Positions 32,231 through 42,922 of a DNA stretch of 64,000 nt are shown here, in pieces. This stretch comes from an uncultured Candidatus Binatia bacterium (lineage in GTDB: Bacteria; Desulfobacterota; Binatia; Bin18): the NCBI GenBank assembly GCA_965214605.1, contig OZ243961.1, positions 2,720,001-2,784,000 on the forward strand, read 5' to 3'. Positions within the stretch are counted from its first letter, which is position 1. Each line of letters begins with the position of its first letter. The notes below the pieces were generated by a model that did not search any database, had not been told where the DNA came from, and was given only the letters and a program-made list of their open reading frames with translations. Made by a program: the position numbers and the translations under genes.

Positions 32231-32691
32231 AGTCTCCTCCTAGGAGCCTCCCTTACTATGGAGAAGGGGGGTCTGCGTCAAGGACGAAATCCGATTCTTG
32301 TGAGAGGAACGAGGCAGAGATTCCAGGAGAGACCAAGAAGGCTCTTCTCTAGCAGAGACCATTCAGTCACAAGACCGACCTCTGTCATTGGGCTGCAACA
32401 TCCTGACCTGGAGGATATTGTGTTCGACGGAGTGACACTTGGCTTACTGCAAAATGCGGAGCGGGCTTGAACGTGAGCGACGCTTTGAGGCTGTTGTGTT
32501 CGAGGAGCAGACGCTGAAGATTGGGGCTGTCTCCAGAGAACAGCACCGCTGAGGCGGGCAAATACGCTGGGGGGTAGTGGAGTGTGCCTCTTGTTCCTCG
32601 TGTTTCGGTTCTGGCTTCAGGAAATGTTCCTTGACTTCTCGGACAAGTTGTTGCAATGCCTTGGACATATTCTTCAAAGGGGGGTTGGGCT

Positions 32692-33066
32692 ATGGTTATG
32701 AAGGACTATGCGGAGCAGACCTACGCGCTGCTGCGTATCATTACCGGGTTTCTGTTCTTTTTTCATGGCAGCCAAAAGCTGTTTGGCTTTCCGCTGGCGG
32801 TTCCGGAGGCCCCGGCCTTCGTTATTTATGTGGCCGGCGGTATTGAGCTCGTTGGCGGGATTTTGGTCATGATTGGTTTCTACACGCGCTGGGCGGCCTT
32901 TGTGTGTAGCGGTCTTATGGCGGCCGCCTACTGGATGGCGCATGGCATGAATGCCCTGTTGCCTATCGCCAATCAGGGCGAGCTTGCCGTTCTGTACTGC
33001 TTTGTGTTTTTGTATGTTTCGGCCCGGGGTGCTGGTGTGTGGAGTGTGGATGCGGCGAAAGCATGA
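32692..33066 (+). CDS. DoxX family membrane protein
   Basis: LLRIITGFLFFFHGSQKLFG, GFYTRWAAF, NQGELAVLYCF, GAGVWSVD. Confidence 0.9.
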   Translation: MVMKDYAEQTYALLRIITGFLFFFHGSQKLFGFPLAVPEAPAFVIYVAGGIELVGGILVMIGFYTRWAAFVCSGLMAAAYWMAHGMNALLPIANQGELAVLYCFVFLYVSARGAGVWSVDAAKA

Positions 33067-33297
33067 CCGAAGGATTCCGCTTCCTGATAACAACGCCGGC
33101 CCAGACACTGATACAACCCACGGCGCTTTTTCCACCACCACCGGGAACAATCCGACTCTCTAAGACGAGTATAGCTGAGGCGTTTCTACGGAAATGAATG
33201 GGCAAAGACTGTCCAATTCAATGGTAAACCTGTCTGGAATCTGCGACCTGACGCGCGGAGAGAGAAAACTAGCCAACACTAAAGGTATGAGAGGTCG

Positions 33298-36200
33298 ATG
33301 ATGACGACACGACGGCCGCCCGATGACGAGAAACCTCCCTTATATACCTACAAATGTAAAGACGCAGAGTACGAACAGATCAAGGACAAGGTCCGTACAC
33401 AGATGTCTGCGGCGTTGAGTGGTAGACTCGGTCCGGAAGAGGAGCGCCGTTTTGCGGCCTGGTTCTGCGTTTACGGAGCGGAAACTTTTCGCCGCCGGCA
33501 TGAAGGCGGACCGTGGGCCTGGGAGACCATTTTTTCTGAGATTGGACACGCTCTCCCTGATAGTTATCAATCGATTTATAAGTGGGTAGAGACGGGTCTA
33601 GAACTCCTGAAGCGTCCCTTGTTGCAAAAGAGTGGTCGTCGTCGAGAGTTTCTGGTCACCCTCGCCTGTGAAGGCGGACTACCCCTGCTACTACTACGCA
33701 GAGAGAACACGCATCTGAGCCGTTACTTCCGCGAACTGTTGACTGCCGCTGCTCATCGAGTGCGCCACACCTCTCAAGCTGATGCGAGGAAAATGGCTCC
33801 TCACATTGCCGCACGCTATCTTCCTGCCTCTTTACGCCATGATGTTGTGTTTCAACTCAGCGGTGACTTGATCCAATCCATTATTGAACTTCAGGAGAAG
33901 GTCCATGAAGCGACTGACCCTATTGCGTCGCTGGATCGTCTGGAACCGCAGTGGCGGGACCGTCTGCCGTTATCAGTGGAAGATCATACGGTAGAAGCAT
34001 TGCTGAGAAATCTGATGGGGGAGGCCAAGAATCTTGCCCAGACAGAACGGCAACACTGGCGTTGGCGTTGTTTCCTTACTCGACGGGGGGAGAGTTGGAG
34101 TATTGAACGGCACCTGGAGTTGCCTAAGCGTGTGACCGGTGCCAGCCTGCAATCTTTGTTGGAGGACTGGGAGGATTCTCCTGCCCGCTTACGGGTACTG
34201 CTGCAAACGCCAAATGGCCCTAAGCCCATCGCGGTCCTCACGCGACATGAAGGGACAGGTGACCAAATGGTCTATCTGTGTGAAGGATTGCGCAGAGAAA
34301 TACGGTTGGAGGGGAGGGAGGCGGAAGCGGGAGCCCGTCTGTTCCTGAGTCAGGGAAGCAAAAAGATAGAGCTGCCGTCGGTGGGCGGACAGGAGCTTGG
34401 ACCTTTGCCGTGGGTGTTTATTGAGCGCGGTTCGGGCTGGGAGATGTGTAGCGAAGGATCAGTGCGGTGCCGCGAAGCGTCGGTGCGAATGTTGGCGCCG
34501 GATGGGGGGCACTGTGTAGCGGCTGACGTGCAATGGGAAGAACTGGGTCAGGCTCCTGACTTTGAGCGGACTCTGTATCAGATCGCAGGAACGGCCGAGT
34601 GGAAGCACTCGGGACTTGGTATCTGCAAGATACGTTGTGCTAGCCAGGAAGCGAGTGAAGAGCATTTTCTTTTGAGAGGTGATGAGCTGTCCGAGCTGTC
34701 AGCGGTTTTCAACCTTACCCAGCCCTTCCTAGGAATGCCGACCCTTTGGGTGACCGGGCAGGATGGGATACGCCGGATTAACAATGGTCTGCTTGAATGG
34801 CGTCCGGTGAACCCGCCTGAAAGCGACTGGCGTACAGACGCAGCGGCTTGCGCAGGCAAGGTATGGATACGGTATCGGGATACCGACGGCGCTCTACGCT
34901 TCCGTCGCCAAGTCGAGGTCGTACCGACTACTACCCGCGTTGAGGTGGCCCAAGTAGGCGCACCCACAGAGGAAGGCCTAATCCGTCTCTCTGGGCTGCC
35001 TGCAGTTCGGATTACTGTACCGGAGAGGGCGGGTTGTCAATTCCGTACGCGAGCGGTTGTTGATGGCGTGGAGATCGCCTGCCTGAGCCAAGAGAATCTC
35101 TCGCAATTTAGCGCTGACCTGCACTGGCCCGATGGTCGCGCACTGACGTTGACCTTGCCATTTCCTCGCTGGATGGCAGCCTTTGTTCGGGCCGGGCGGA
35201 TATTACCCCCAAAGCAATGCATGGTTCTAGACCGTTTAGCGGCTGTCCAGGCAGTGGTACAAACCCCTAATGTAGGAGAACGGTTCTATCTCAAAGGGAG
35301 GCTGAGGGCACGCGATTCGGTATACGACGGTCTGGAACTATGGGAATCTCTTCCTGCGACCAGTGAATGTATTGATTTTGATCTGCACCGTATTCAAGAC
35401 CGGCTTGGTTCAATGATGGCGGCGACTGATGACTTAGATGCTTTTGTTGCCTTAAGAATTGTCGACCAAGCGGGAACTCCCTTGGCCGAGCTGGAGATCG
35501 CGCGGTTCGATGTGGCGCTGAAGCCTGACCCTGCCCATAATCGCGTTATCCTTCCACTAGATGATCTAGAGCGGCTGAGTGATGATTGGGGGGAGCGCAT
35601 CACAGTCAGGATGCTGCCGCTGTGGGAGCCTTCTGCAATGCCAACCGAGTTAAACTATGACAACGCGGCTAAGGCGTGGATGATTCCTGATGAATCACAA
35701 CCGGGTCCCTGGTGGATACTCGGATACGATGCCGACTGGGCGCGTTTCCGGCCCCTCTTGTGGATCGTGGAAGGGGAAAAGACCGTTGCCGAATCCAGCG
35801 AGTTGGTACAGGCCGTGCGCGAACCGGATCCAGAGAGACGACAGGAAAAATTGCGGACGCTTGTCAACGACCTTGCCGCCGACGCAGAGCATGCCGACTG
35901 GACGCGTATATTCGACTACCTGCAGCTTACGCGGACGTATCCGGCTAGTAGCATTGATCTCTTTCGGCATTTGATAGGATGTCCTGAGGCTATGGTTATG
36001 GGGTTGCTTAAGAGTGGGGACGAAGAATTCAATCTGCTCTGGTCGCTCTCGGATCAGTTGCCGTTCTCCTGGTATTTGGTACCGGTCACTTGTTGGCATC
36101 TCGCTGCCAAACGTTATTTTGATACCCTGCGCGCCGGGCTGGGCGACTCAGATCCTGACGGCAGGCTGCTCGTGAGCGTGTTCGAAAAATTTCGGCAACG

Positions 36201-36660
36201 GGTTGCTGCCCGTCAGGGTTTTTTCAAGTCGGTGTGTGACTGGATCGGGGAGTGTCTATTCCCCGAGCAAAATTTTCCCAACAACGAACTGACGATAGCC
36301 CGCCGTCAGAAGGAATTACCCATCACATTCATACGGAAACACGAGCAAAAGCTGCAATCGAATCATGACTCTGAAGAAGAGTTTCCCTATGGTCCGAATG
36401 TTATGCAGTTGACTGAACAGCCGAATTTTCCCCCACAATTCTGCTATGACCACTTGGACCGTCGTTCTCGTCCGGTTCGCTGCGCCCCCTTTATAGCGGC
36501 CCAGATAAGCTTAGATGCTCAGGATTACTCTAAGAAGCTCTTGTTTGAACTACGCCAGTTACGCGATTTTGATCAAGAGTGGTTTGACCACGCCTTTGCT
36601 TGGGCGCTGTGTATTGGCCTTGCCGGGCGTCCCACTCTCGCAGAAGGAGTGCGTCCGTGA
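33298..36660 (+). CDS. druH: DruH-like (STY4851/ECs_5259 family) Druantia type III protein
   Basis: 1120 aa; PLYTYKC..EY, FCVYGAETFRRRHEGGPWAW, FLVTLACEGGLP; GTGA-coupled to a DUF1998 helicase. Confidence 0.8.
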   Translation: MMTTRRPPDDEKPPLYTYKCKDAEYEQIKDKVRTQMSAALSGRLGPEEERRFAAWFCVYGAETFRRRHEGGPWAWETIFSEIGHALPDSYQSIYKWVETGLELLKRPLLQKSGRRREFLVTLACEGGLPLLLLRRENTHLSRYFRELLTAAAHRVRHTSQADARKMAPHIAARYLPASLRHDVVFQLSGDLIQSIIELQEKVHEATDPIASLDRLEPQWRDRLPLSVEDHTVEALLRNLMGEAKNLAQTERQHWRWRCFLTRRGESWSIERHLELPKRVTGASLQSLLEDWEDSPARLRVLLQTPNGPKPIAVLTRHEGTGDQMVYLCEGLRREIRLEGREAEAGARLFLSQGSKKIELPSVGGQELGPLPWVFIERGSGWEMCSEGSVRCREASVRMLAPDGGHCVAADVQWEELGQAPDFERTLYQIAGTAEWKHSGLGICKIRCASQEASEEHFLLRGDELSELSAVFNLTQPFLGMPTLWVTGQDGIRRINNGLLEWRPVNPPESDWRTDAAACAGKVWIRYRDTDGALRFRRQVEVVPTTTRVEVAQVGAPTEEGLIRLSGLPAVRITVPERAGCQFRTRAVVDGVEIACLSQENLSQFSADLHWPDGRALTLTLPFPRWMAAFVRAGRILPPKQCMVLDRLAAVQAVVQTPNVGERFYLKGRLRARDSVYDGLELWESLPATSECIDFDLHRIQDRLGSMMAATDDLDAFVALRIVDQAGTPLAELEIARFDVALKPDPAHNRVILPLDDLERLSDDWGERITVRMLPLWEPSAMPTELNYDNAAKAWMIPDESQPGPWWILGYDADWARFRPLLWIVEGEKTVAESSELVQAVREPDPERRQEKLRTLVNDLAADAEHADWTRIFDYLQLTRTYPASSIDLFRHLIGCPEAMVMGLLKSGDEEFNLLWSLSDQLPFSWYLVPVTCWHLAAKRYFDTLRAGLGDSDPDGRLLVSVFEKFRQRVAARQGFFKSVCDWIGECLFPEQNFPNNELTIARRQKELPITFIRKHEQKLQSNHDSEEEFPYGPNVMQLTEQPNFPPQFCYDHLDRRSRPVRCAPFIAAQISLDAQDYSKKLLFELRQLRDFDQEWFDHAFAWALCIGLAGRPTLAEGVRP

Positions 36661-39600
36661 GGATTTTCACTTCCCTGGCTGAGCAACTGAATCGAGGTGC
36701 AACGCGAGCCGCTCTGGGGCTCTTGAGTTTTCGTAGCGATGTGCTACGCGAACATCTACGGTGTTTATTCCAGAGTCCTCCTGGTACAGGTGACGCTTTC
36801 CTGGCCGATCCCGTCTTTGAAGCCACCTTTGGATGGCGTCCCGGCAAGACCAATCTTGGTGAGCTCTCCGGCAAGCTTCTCCATCCCGATATTGTCAAAG
36901 CACTGCGCGAACCGTACAAGAATTTCACTAAGGAATACACCTTTTCGGAACGCCCTTATCTGCACCAGTTAGAAGCCTGGCAGGCTCTCATCAAAGCAGA
37001 GCCACCACGTTCCGTGCTGGTAGCTAGTGACACCGGGTCTGGCAAGACGGAGTGCTTCCTGGTGCCTGTTTTACACGACTTGGCAAGCGAGTTGGATAGA
37101 CGCAAAAGTAGATTAACAGGCGTGCGTGCGCTATTTCTCTACCCCCTCAACGCCCTCATCAAAAGTCAACGTGACCGCCTGACAGCCTGGGCGGAACCCT
37201 TTGGCGGAGATATACGCTACTGTCTCTACAACGGTGATACACCGAATGAGGGAAAGCCCCAGTGGCGAAGTGAAGTTTGCGACAGGAAGACCCTACGGGC
37301 CAACCCGCCGCCAATCCTGGTCACGAATGCCACCATGCTGGAATATATGCTGGTACGCGCTGAAGATAAACCGATTCTGGAACAGTCTCAGGGTAAACTC
37401 CGCTGGATCGTTATTGATGAGGCGCATAACTACGTTGGCTCCCAGGCTGCAGAGCTAGCCCTTTTATTGCGCCGAGTACTTCATGCCTTTGACTGTCGTG
37501 CCGAAGAAGTGCATTTCGTTGCGACCTCGGCAACTATTGCTGGCTCAGGGAACAATGCCGAGGATTCGTTACGGGATTTCCTGGCCGATATTGCTGGGGT
37601 GCCTCCTAATCGGGTCTCAGTGGTGTGGGGAAAGCGCCATGTGCCCTCATTACCCGCAGTATCGCACGGCAGAAACCGCCGCTCCCCCGTAGATGTCTCC
37701 GCTCTTGGCGATCTCTCGCCCCAGGAACTCTTCAAGACATTAGCGAGAGACAGTCGGGTCCGCCACTGGCGCTCAGCCTTACTTAAGAAAGCCCATTCGC
37801 TCTCTCAGTTGGCTGAGATGGGCGGGGGCAATGATGACAAAACGGTTTGCCATACCAACACTACCTTGCGTCTTCTAGATTGGTGTACCCAGGCAGTAGA
37901 CCAAAAGGGCGAGCCGCTGTTGCCGCTCCGTTGCCACTTTTTCCAACGCGCCCTGAAAGGTCTCTGGGCCTGCGCGAATACCGACTGTCCCGGACGTCGT
38001 CAGACCCCTCTTGATGACCGAGACTGGCCTTTCGGCAAGGTTTTTCTGGAGCGTCGCCAGCTCTGTGATGCCTGCGAAAATCCAGTGTACGAGCTGGTAC
38101 AGTGCGGCGCATGTGGCGCCGAGTATCTTTCTGGTGAAGAGAAGGTAGTGGAGGAGGGAGACGAGCGTCTCGAACCGCGCCTGGCCCAGGATGAGGACGA
38201 ATTCCAGCAGGAATTGGAATCGTTGGTTGATGAAGATGATGCGGAAAGCGAAGAACCAGCGAAAGAAGAACCGCGTGATGGACTACTCCGCCTGCTAGTG
38301 AGGTCGGATATCGCCGAGTCCAATCCCGTTGGTTTACGGTCCAACGGCTTTCTCGACTGGGAGCAGCATGAAGGCATCCGGGTGCATCTGTTAGTGCCAG
38401 ACCCTGCTGATCGTTGCCTGCGTTGTCCCTGCTGCAATACTCGGGATAGATATGGCAATCTCTTCCGTCCGGTACGGTTGGGTGCCCCTTTCTTACTACA
38501 GACTGCTATCCCAATCTTGCTTCGGCACCTGCCGCCTTACGTGTCAAATACTACTGACCTGCCTTTTGGCGGACGACGTCTTATCAGCTTCACCGACAGC
38601 CGTCAGGGCACGGCACGCTTCGCAGTCAAGATGCGGCTTGAAACCGAGCGCGATTTCGTACGCGCCGTGCTTTATCACAGCGTGGCGGATCGAGCACGAT
38701 CGACTGATAGCCAAGATCTGGACAAATTGCGGCGGGACATAGCCGGGCTAGAGCAGGCCATCGACTCCTCGGATGGGCTGATCAAGGATGTGCTGACTAA
38801 GACGCGTGATGAAAAGCGTAACGAATTGCAGAGCTTATCTGCCCCTGCTCTCGGCCGTCTGAGCTGGCACGACGCGCAGGACAAATTGCTCAACAATCCC
38901 CGCTTTGAGCGTTGGCTATTGCCACCTCTACGCGAGCAGACGTTGGACTTGGTGGATCGTCGACTAGCCGAATTATGCTTATGGCGGGAGTTTTTTCGAC
39001 GGCCTAAACGACAGTTTTCCCTCGAAACGTTCGGATTACTGCAGCTTGGATATCCGGCAGTGGACAAGATCAATCGCGTCCCTCCCGTTGCGGCCCATCA
39101 CGGGGTGAAACTAGAGGAATGGCGATCGCTAGTCCGGGTGACACTTGATTTCTACATCCGAGGCGGCCAGTCAGTGACAATTCCCCGTGATATGTTGCGC
39201 TGGACCGGTTATCCGGGAAGCCCTACTCTGGTCATCGCGCCTAGACAGGAAAAAGTCACTAAAGACCAACGGTCCTGGCCGTCGGTACGCACTGCCGCCA
39301 CACGTCGCTCCCGTCTGGTACGGCTTCTGGCCTACGCTTTGAGATTGAATCCAGAACAGTCACAGGATCAGGGACAGATCCAGGAGTTCTTGGATGTTCT
39401 ATGGAAAGACGTGAAACCCTTATTAAACCGTACCGAGTCTGGCTATAATCTGGAACTCGGGCAACAGGCTGAGATCATGCAGGTGCGCGAAGCCTGGCTC
39501 TGTCCGGTGACACGCCGACTTTTGCCCGTCACGTTTCGTGGCGTTACGCCTTATCTCCCCGAAAAGCCGGATGATGATCTAGCACGTTGCCAGAAAGTCG

Positions 39601-42600
39601 ACATGCCCGTCGTGCCGCATCCCTTTTGGCTGGAGGCGGATCAAGAAGCAGCGGAGCAGTGGCTGGAGACAGACCCTGCTGTATGTCGTCTGCGCGACTT
39701 GGGGGTGTGGAGCAACATGAACGATCGTGTCGCCCGCTTTAGTCCCTATTTCCGTAGCGTCGAGCATTCGGCCCAGATTCAAGGCGTTACATTGAGCCAG
39801 CGCGAGAACGATTTTAAGGCTGGAAAGCTTAACCTGTTGATCTGTTCGACCACTATGGAGATGGGCGTCGACATTGGCGGTCTCACGGCAGTGGCCATGA
39901 ACAACGTCCCGCCTCACCCGGCTAATTTCCTTCAAAGGGCAGGACGCGCTGGGCGACGCCGTGAAAGGGCCGCCGTGAGCTTTACGCTCTGTAAAAGTAC
40001 TCCACACGGGGAAGAAGTGTTTCGGAATCCCTTGTGGCCCTTCACGACGGCTCTGTCGTCTCCCCGGGTTTCGTTGCAAAGTGCGCCAATCGTCCAGCGT
40101 CACATCAACGCCTTGAGCCTTGCGGCTTTTCTTGCGCAAGTGGGATCGGATAGTCTCCTGCGGCTCACAACGAGTTGGTTTTTTGAGAGTACGACTGACG
40201 ACAGCAGCGCTCCCGCAAAGCGCTTTCGTGATTGGTGTCAGACCGCCGCCAGGAATGATACCTTGCAGAATGGCATCCGCCAATTAGTGAGACACACCTG
40301 CCTTGACGGTCGCTCGGCTGAGGATTTGCTGGATAATACTGCTGGGATGCTCGGGCAGGTTGCTGATGCCTGGCATGCTGAAATCAACGCTCTGCTTGAG
40401 AGTCGTGAGATTGTCAAAACGCGAACGGAGAATAGTAAACCTGAGCGTGCCGTCAATTTACAACTGGAACGAATTCGTCGAGAATACCTCCTGAGCGAGT
40501 TAACGACGCGAAACTTTCTCCCCGGCCATGGTTTCCCGACTAACTTGGTCTCGCTCGTCACGACCACAATGGAAGAGCTGAAGCGTCGGCGACAGCAGCG
40601 CGAGGACAATCGTGCGGTACGCAACGGCTACCCTGCCCGCCAATTATCGCTTGCCATCCGTGACTATGCCCCCGGCACCGACACGGTGCTTGATGGTCGG
40701 GTGTACCGCAGCGACGGGGTGACGCTTAACTGGCATGTGCCTGTGGACCAGGAAGGACCGCGGGAAATACAATCCTTGCGCTGGGTGTGGCGTTGTCGGT
40801 CCTGTGGTGCCAGCGGGACTCGTCCGACCATGCCTCAGAGCTGTTTCCATTGTGGTGATAAGCCTTGCCTGACCCGCTTCGAGTATCTGCAGCCAGCAGG
40901 TTTTGCTGTTGACGTCCGCTCGCAGCCGCACAATGACATCACCATCCCCCAATACATTCCAGTCCGTGACCCCCTGATTTTTTTGGAAGGCACGGCTTGG
41001 CTCTCTCTGCCGTCATCAAGGCTGGGACGGTATCGCGTTAGTACTCATGGTTCCCTATTCCATCGTACTGACGGACTACATGGTAAGGGGTTCGCGGTCT
41101 GCCTACGCTGCGGTCGGGCTGACTCGATGGTTACAAACGAACGCCTGCCAGGTGTGTTTGCTGACGAACGCGGGAATCCTATTCCTCACAAGCGGTTACG
41201 CGGTGGGAAAAAGAACGATAAGGAAAAAGCCTGTCCCGGTAGTAATGAGCCGTGGGCCATAAAGCAAAACCTTCGCTTGGGGCTGGTGACGCATACCGAG
41301 GTCTTGGAAATACAACTGCGTGATCCGACTAACGACTGTCCCGTTGACGACATCACGGCGTATTCGCTATCCGTAGCCCTACGCCGAGCGCTCACCCAGT
41401 GGCTTGGAATTGAGGAACAGGAAGTTGGTTGTACAGTCGCACTAAGGCGAGGCAGAGAAGAAGAACGGGTGTACTCCAGCTATCTGTTTGATACTGCCAG
41501 TGGCGGAGCTGGCTACGTCTCTCAAGCGATTAATTGGTTCCCAGAGCTATTCCGTCGGGCCCAGGATATCTTGACATGTCCTCAGCGGCAATGCGACCTA
41601 GTGTGTCATGCTTGTCTGCTGACATACGACACCCAGCACCAGTTGGATAAACTCGACAGACATAAGCCGCTTGCGTTGCTGAGCGACACGTTCCTCAACG
41701 CATTAACCCTCCCTTCCGCCCTTCAGGTGTTTGGACCCAAGACTCGCTTAGAGATGGAGCCATTAGGACAGGCGCTTAGCCGTGAATTGCAGCGCCATGC
41801 TGTAAAAGAGATTCGTATCTTTCTGGGCGGCGAAGCGAAGGACTGGACACCATTGGATTGGCGATTGCATGATGAGCTCCTCCGTCTCAGAGACATACCC
41901 CTTAGCGTTCGCTTGATCGTACCTCGGACCACTCTGAACCGATTGGAATCCTCTCAACGTAATGACCTCGCTGCACTAGCCAGCGCGATAAGGGCTAAGG
42001 TTTATCTCCCTGAAACCACGCCATATACCGATAAGCCCACATTAGTAATGGAAATTGATGGCGAGAAGAGATCCACCTGTTGGGCCGCCAGCACTGTGGA
42101 TGCTTTGGCGCCAAGCGCATATTGGGGGAGTGGAGAGGATGGGGCGCAGTTCGTCCGCATTGAATACGACCGCCCCTTGTCGCGCAGCATTTCAAACCGC
42201 TGGCACCAGGAGGATGTCAACGAGTTACGTTCCACGCCGGGCGCTCTACACGAGATTTCTATCGGAAAGGAGCTAGATGGTTCTTCTCACCAATTTGGGC
42301 CTCGGGCATGGCAATTGGTCTTTGATAAAGTTCCCGAACTCCAAGAGCGGTTCGATGGAAGTCAACCGCTCGCTGAACTACACTACAGCGACCGTTATCT
42401 ACGCTCTCCACTTGCCGTGCTACTGCTGAGGGGAATAGTGAGCACGCTCGGTCGCTATCCGGGTGGAATTGTCGTTAATACCCGTCTATCGGTCGCCACT
42501 AGTCAATTGCGGCGAAATGATATCGCAGATCCCTTGTTGTTCTGGCATGACTGGCGAGATGCTAGTGACAGACGGACCGTCTTTGAAAATGTTTTTGAAG

Positions 42601-42899
42601 GATTGGGGCAATTTACGTTCTCTGAGTCAATACCTAACCGACTGCCTCATGCACGAGAACTCCGATTGACCTGGATTGACGACGTTGCCTGTATCATACG
42701 ATTCGACCAGGGCATGGGTTATTGGCATGGTAAACCTCGTGCTCCTGAATCACAGGGAAGCTTCCCGTTTGAGCGACCTGTGGCGAAGCAGATTGAGTGG
42801 TTTAAATTACGTGAGATTGATATTCAAGCAGGGCATCCGTCCCATCCCACCTATTGGTATGTCAGCCCAGTTCAAAAAGCTGTCTCAATGCGTCCATGA
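36657..42899 (+). CDS. druE: DruE-like DEAH-box helicase with DUF1998 (Druantia type III)
   Basis: ~2080 aa; PYLHQ (Q motif), TGSGKTECF, YPLNAL, DEAH, SAT, FTDSRQ, STTMEMGVDIG, QRAGRAGRR, DTASGGAG plus C..CDLVCHACL DUF1998 cysteines. Confidence 0.88.
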   Translation: MRIFTSLAEQLNRGATRAALGLLSFRSDVLREHLRCLFQSPPGTGDAFLADPVFEATFGWRPGKTNLGELSGKLLHPDIVKALREPYKNFTKEYTFSERPYLHQLEAWQALIKAEPPRSVLVASDTGSGKTECFLVPVLHDLASELDRRKSRLTGVRALFLYPLNALIKSQRDRLTAWAEPFGGDIRYCLYNGDTPNEGKPQWRSEVCDRKTLRANPPPILVTNATMLEYMLVRAEDKPILEQSQGKLRWIVIDEAHNYVGSQAAELALLLRRVLHAFDCRAEEVHFVATSATIAGSGNNAEDSLRDFLADIAGVPPNRVSVVWGKRHVPSLPAVSHGRNRRSPVDVSALGDLSPQELFKTLARDSRVRHWRSALLKKAHSLSQLAEMGGGNDDKTVCHTNTTLRLLDWCTQAVDQKGEPLLPLRCHFFQRALKGLWACANTDCPGRRQTPLDDRDWPFGKVFLERRQLCDACENPVYELVQCGACGAEYLSGEEKVVEEGDERLEPRLAQDEDEFQQELESLVDEDDAESEEPAKEEPRDGLLRLLVRSDIAESNPVGLRSNGFLDWEQHEGIRVHLLVPDPADRCLRCPCCNTRDRYGNLFRPVRLGAPFLLQTAIPILLRHLPPYVSNTTDLPFGGRRLISFTDSRQGTARFAVKMRLETERDFVRAVLYHSVADRARSTDSQDLDKLRRDIAGLEQAIDSSDGLIKDVLTKTRDEKRNELQSLSAPALGRLSWHDAQDKLLNNPRFERWLLPPLREQTLDLVDRRLAELCLWREFFRRPKRQFSLETFGLLQLGYPAVDKINRVPPVAAHHGVKLEEWRSLVRVTLDFYIRGGQSVTIPRDMLRWTGYPGSPTLVIAPRQEKVTKDQRSWPSVRTAATRRSRLVRLLAYALRLNPEQSQDQGQIQEFLDVLWKDVKPLLNRTESGYNLELGQQAEIMQVREAWLCPVTRRLLPVTFRGVTPYLPEKPDDDLARCQKVDMPVVPHPFWLEADQEAAEQWLETDPAVCRLRDLGVWSNMNDRVARFSPYFRSVEHSAQIQGVTLSQRENDFKAGKLNLLICSTTMEMGVDIGGLTAVAMNNVPPHPANFLQRAGRAGRRRERAAVSFTLCKSTPHGEEVFRNPLWPFTTALSSPRVSLQSAPIVQRHINALSLAAFLAQVGSDSLLRLTTSWFFESTTDDSSAPAKRFRDWCQTAARNDTLQNGIRQLVRHTCLDGRSAEDLLDNTAGMLGQVADAWHAEINALLESREIVKTRTENSKPERAVNLQLERIRREYLLSELTTRNFLPGHGFPTNLVSLVTTTMEELKRRRQQREDNRAVRNGYPARQLSLAIRDYAPGTDTVLDGRVYRSDGVTLNWHVPVDQEGPREIQSLRWVWRCRSCGASGTRPTMPQSCFHCGDKPCLTRFEYLQPAGFAVDVRSQPHNDITIPQYIPVRDPLIFLEGTAWLSLPSSRLGRYRVSTHGSLFHRTDGLHGKGFAVCLRCGRADSMVTNERLPGVFADERGNPIPHKRLRGGKKNDKEKACPGSNEPWAIKQNLRLGLVTHTEVLEIQLRDPTNDCPVDDITAYSLSVALRRALTQWLGIEEQEVGCTVALRRGREEERVYSSYLFDTASGGAGYVSQAINWFPELFRRAQDILTCPQRQCDLVCHACLLTYDTQHQLDKLDRHKPLALLSDTFLNALTLPSALQVFGPKTRLEMEPLGQALSRELQRHAVKEIRIFLGGEAKDWTPLDWRLHDELLRLRDIPLSVRLIVPRTTLNRLESSQRNDLAALASAIRAKVYLPETTPYTDKPTLVMEIDGEKRSTCWAASTVDALAPSAYWGSGEDGAQFVRIEYDRPLSRSISNRWHQEDVNELRSTPGALHEISIGKELDGSSHQFGPRAWQLVFDKVPELQERFDGSQPLAELHYSDRYLRSPLAVLLLRGIVSTLGRYPGGIVVNTRLSVATSQLRRNDIADPLLFWHDWRDASDRRTVFENVFEGLGQFTFSESIPNRLPHARELRLTWIDDVACIIRFDQGMGYWHGKPRAPESQGSFPFERPVAKQIEWFKLREIDIQAGHPSHPTYWYVSPVQKAVSMRP

Positions 42900-42922
42900 G
42901 GAGCTATACTGAAAGGGAATCT

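Noticed and set aside
32444-32677. 77 aa - strand ORF
   Set aside because: Starts 15 nt from the divergent doxX start, leaving no room for promoters; no motifs.
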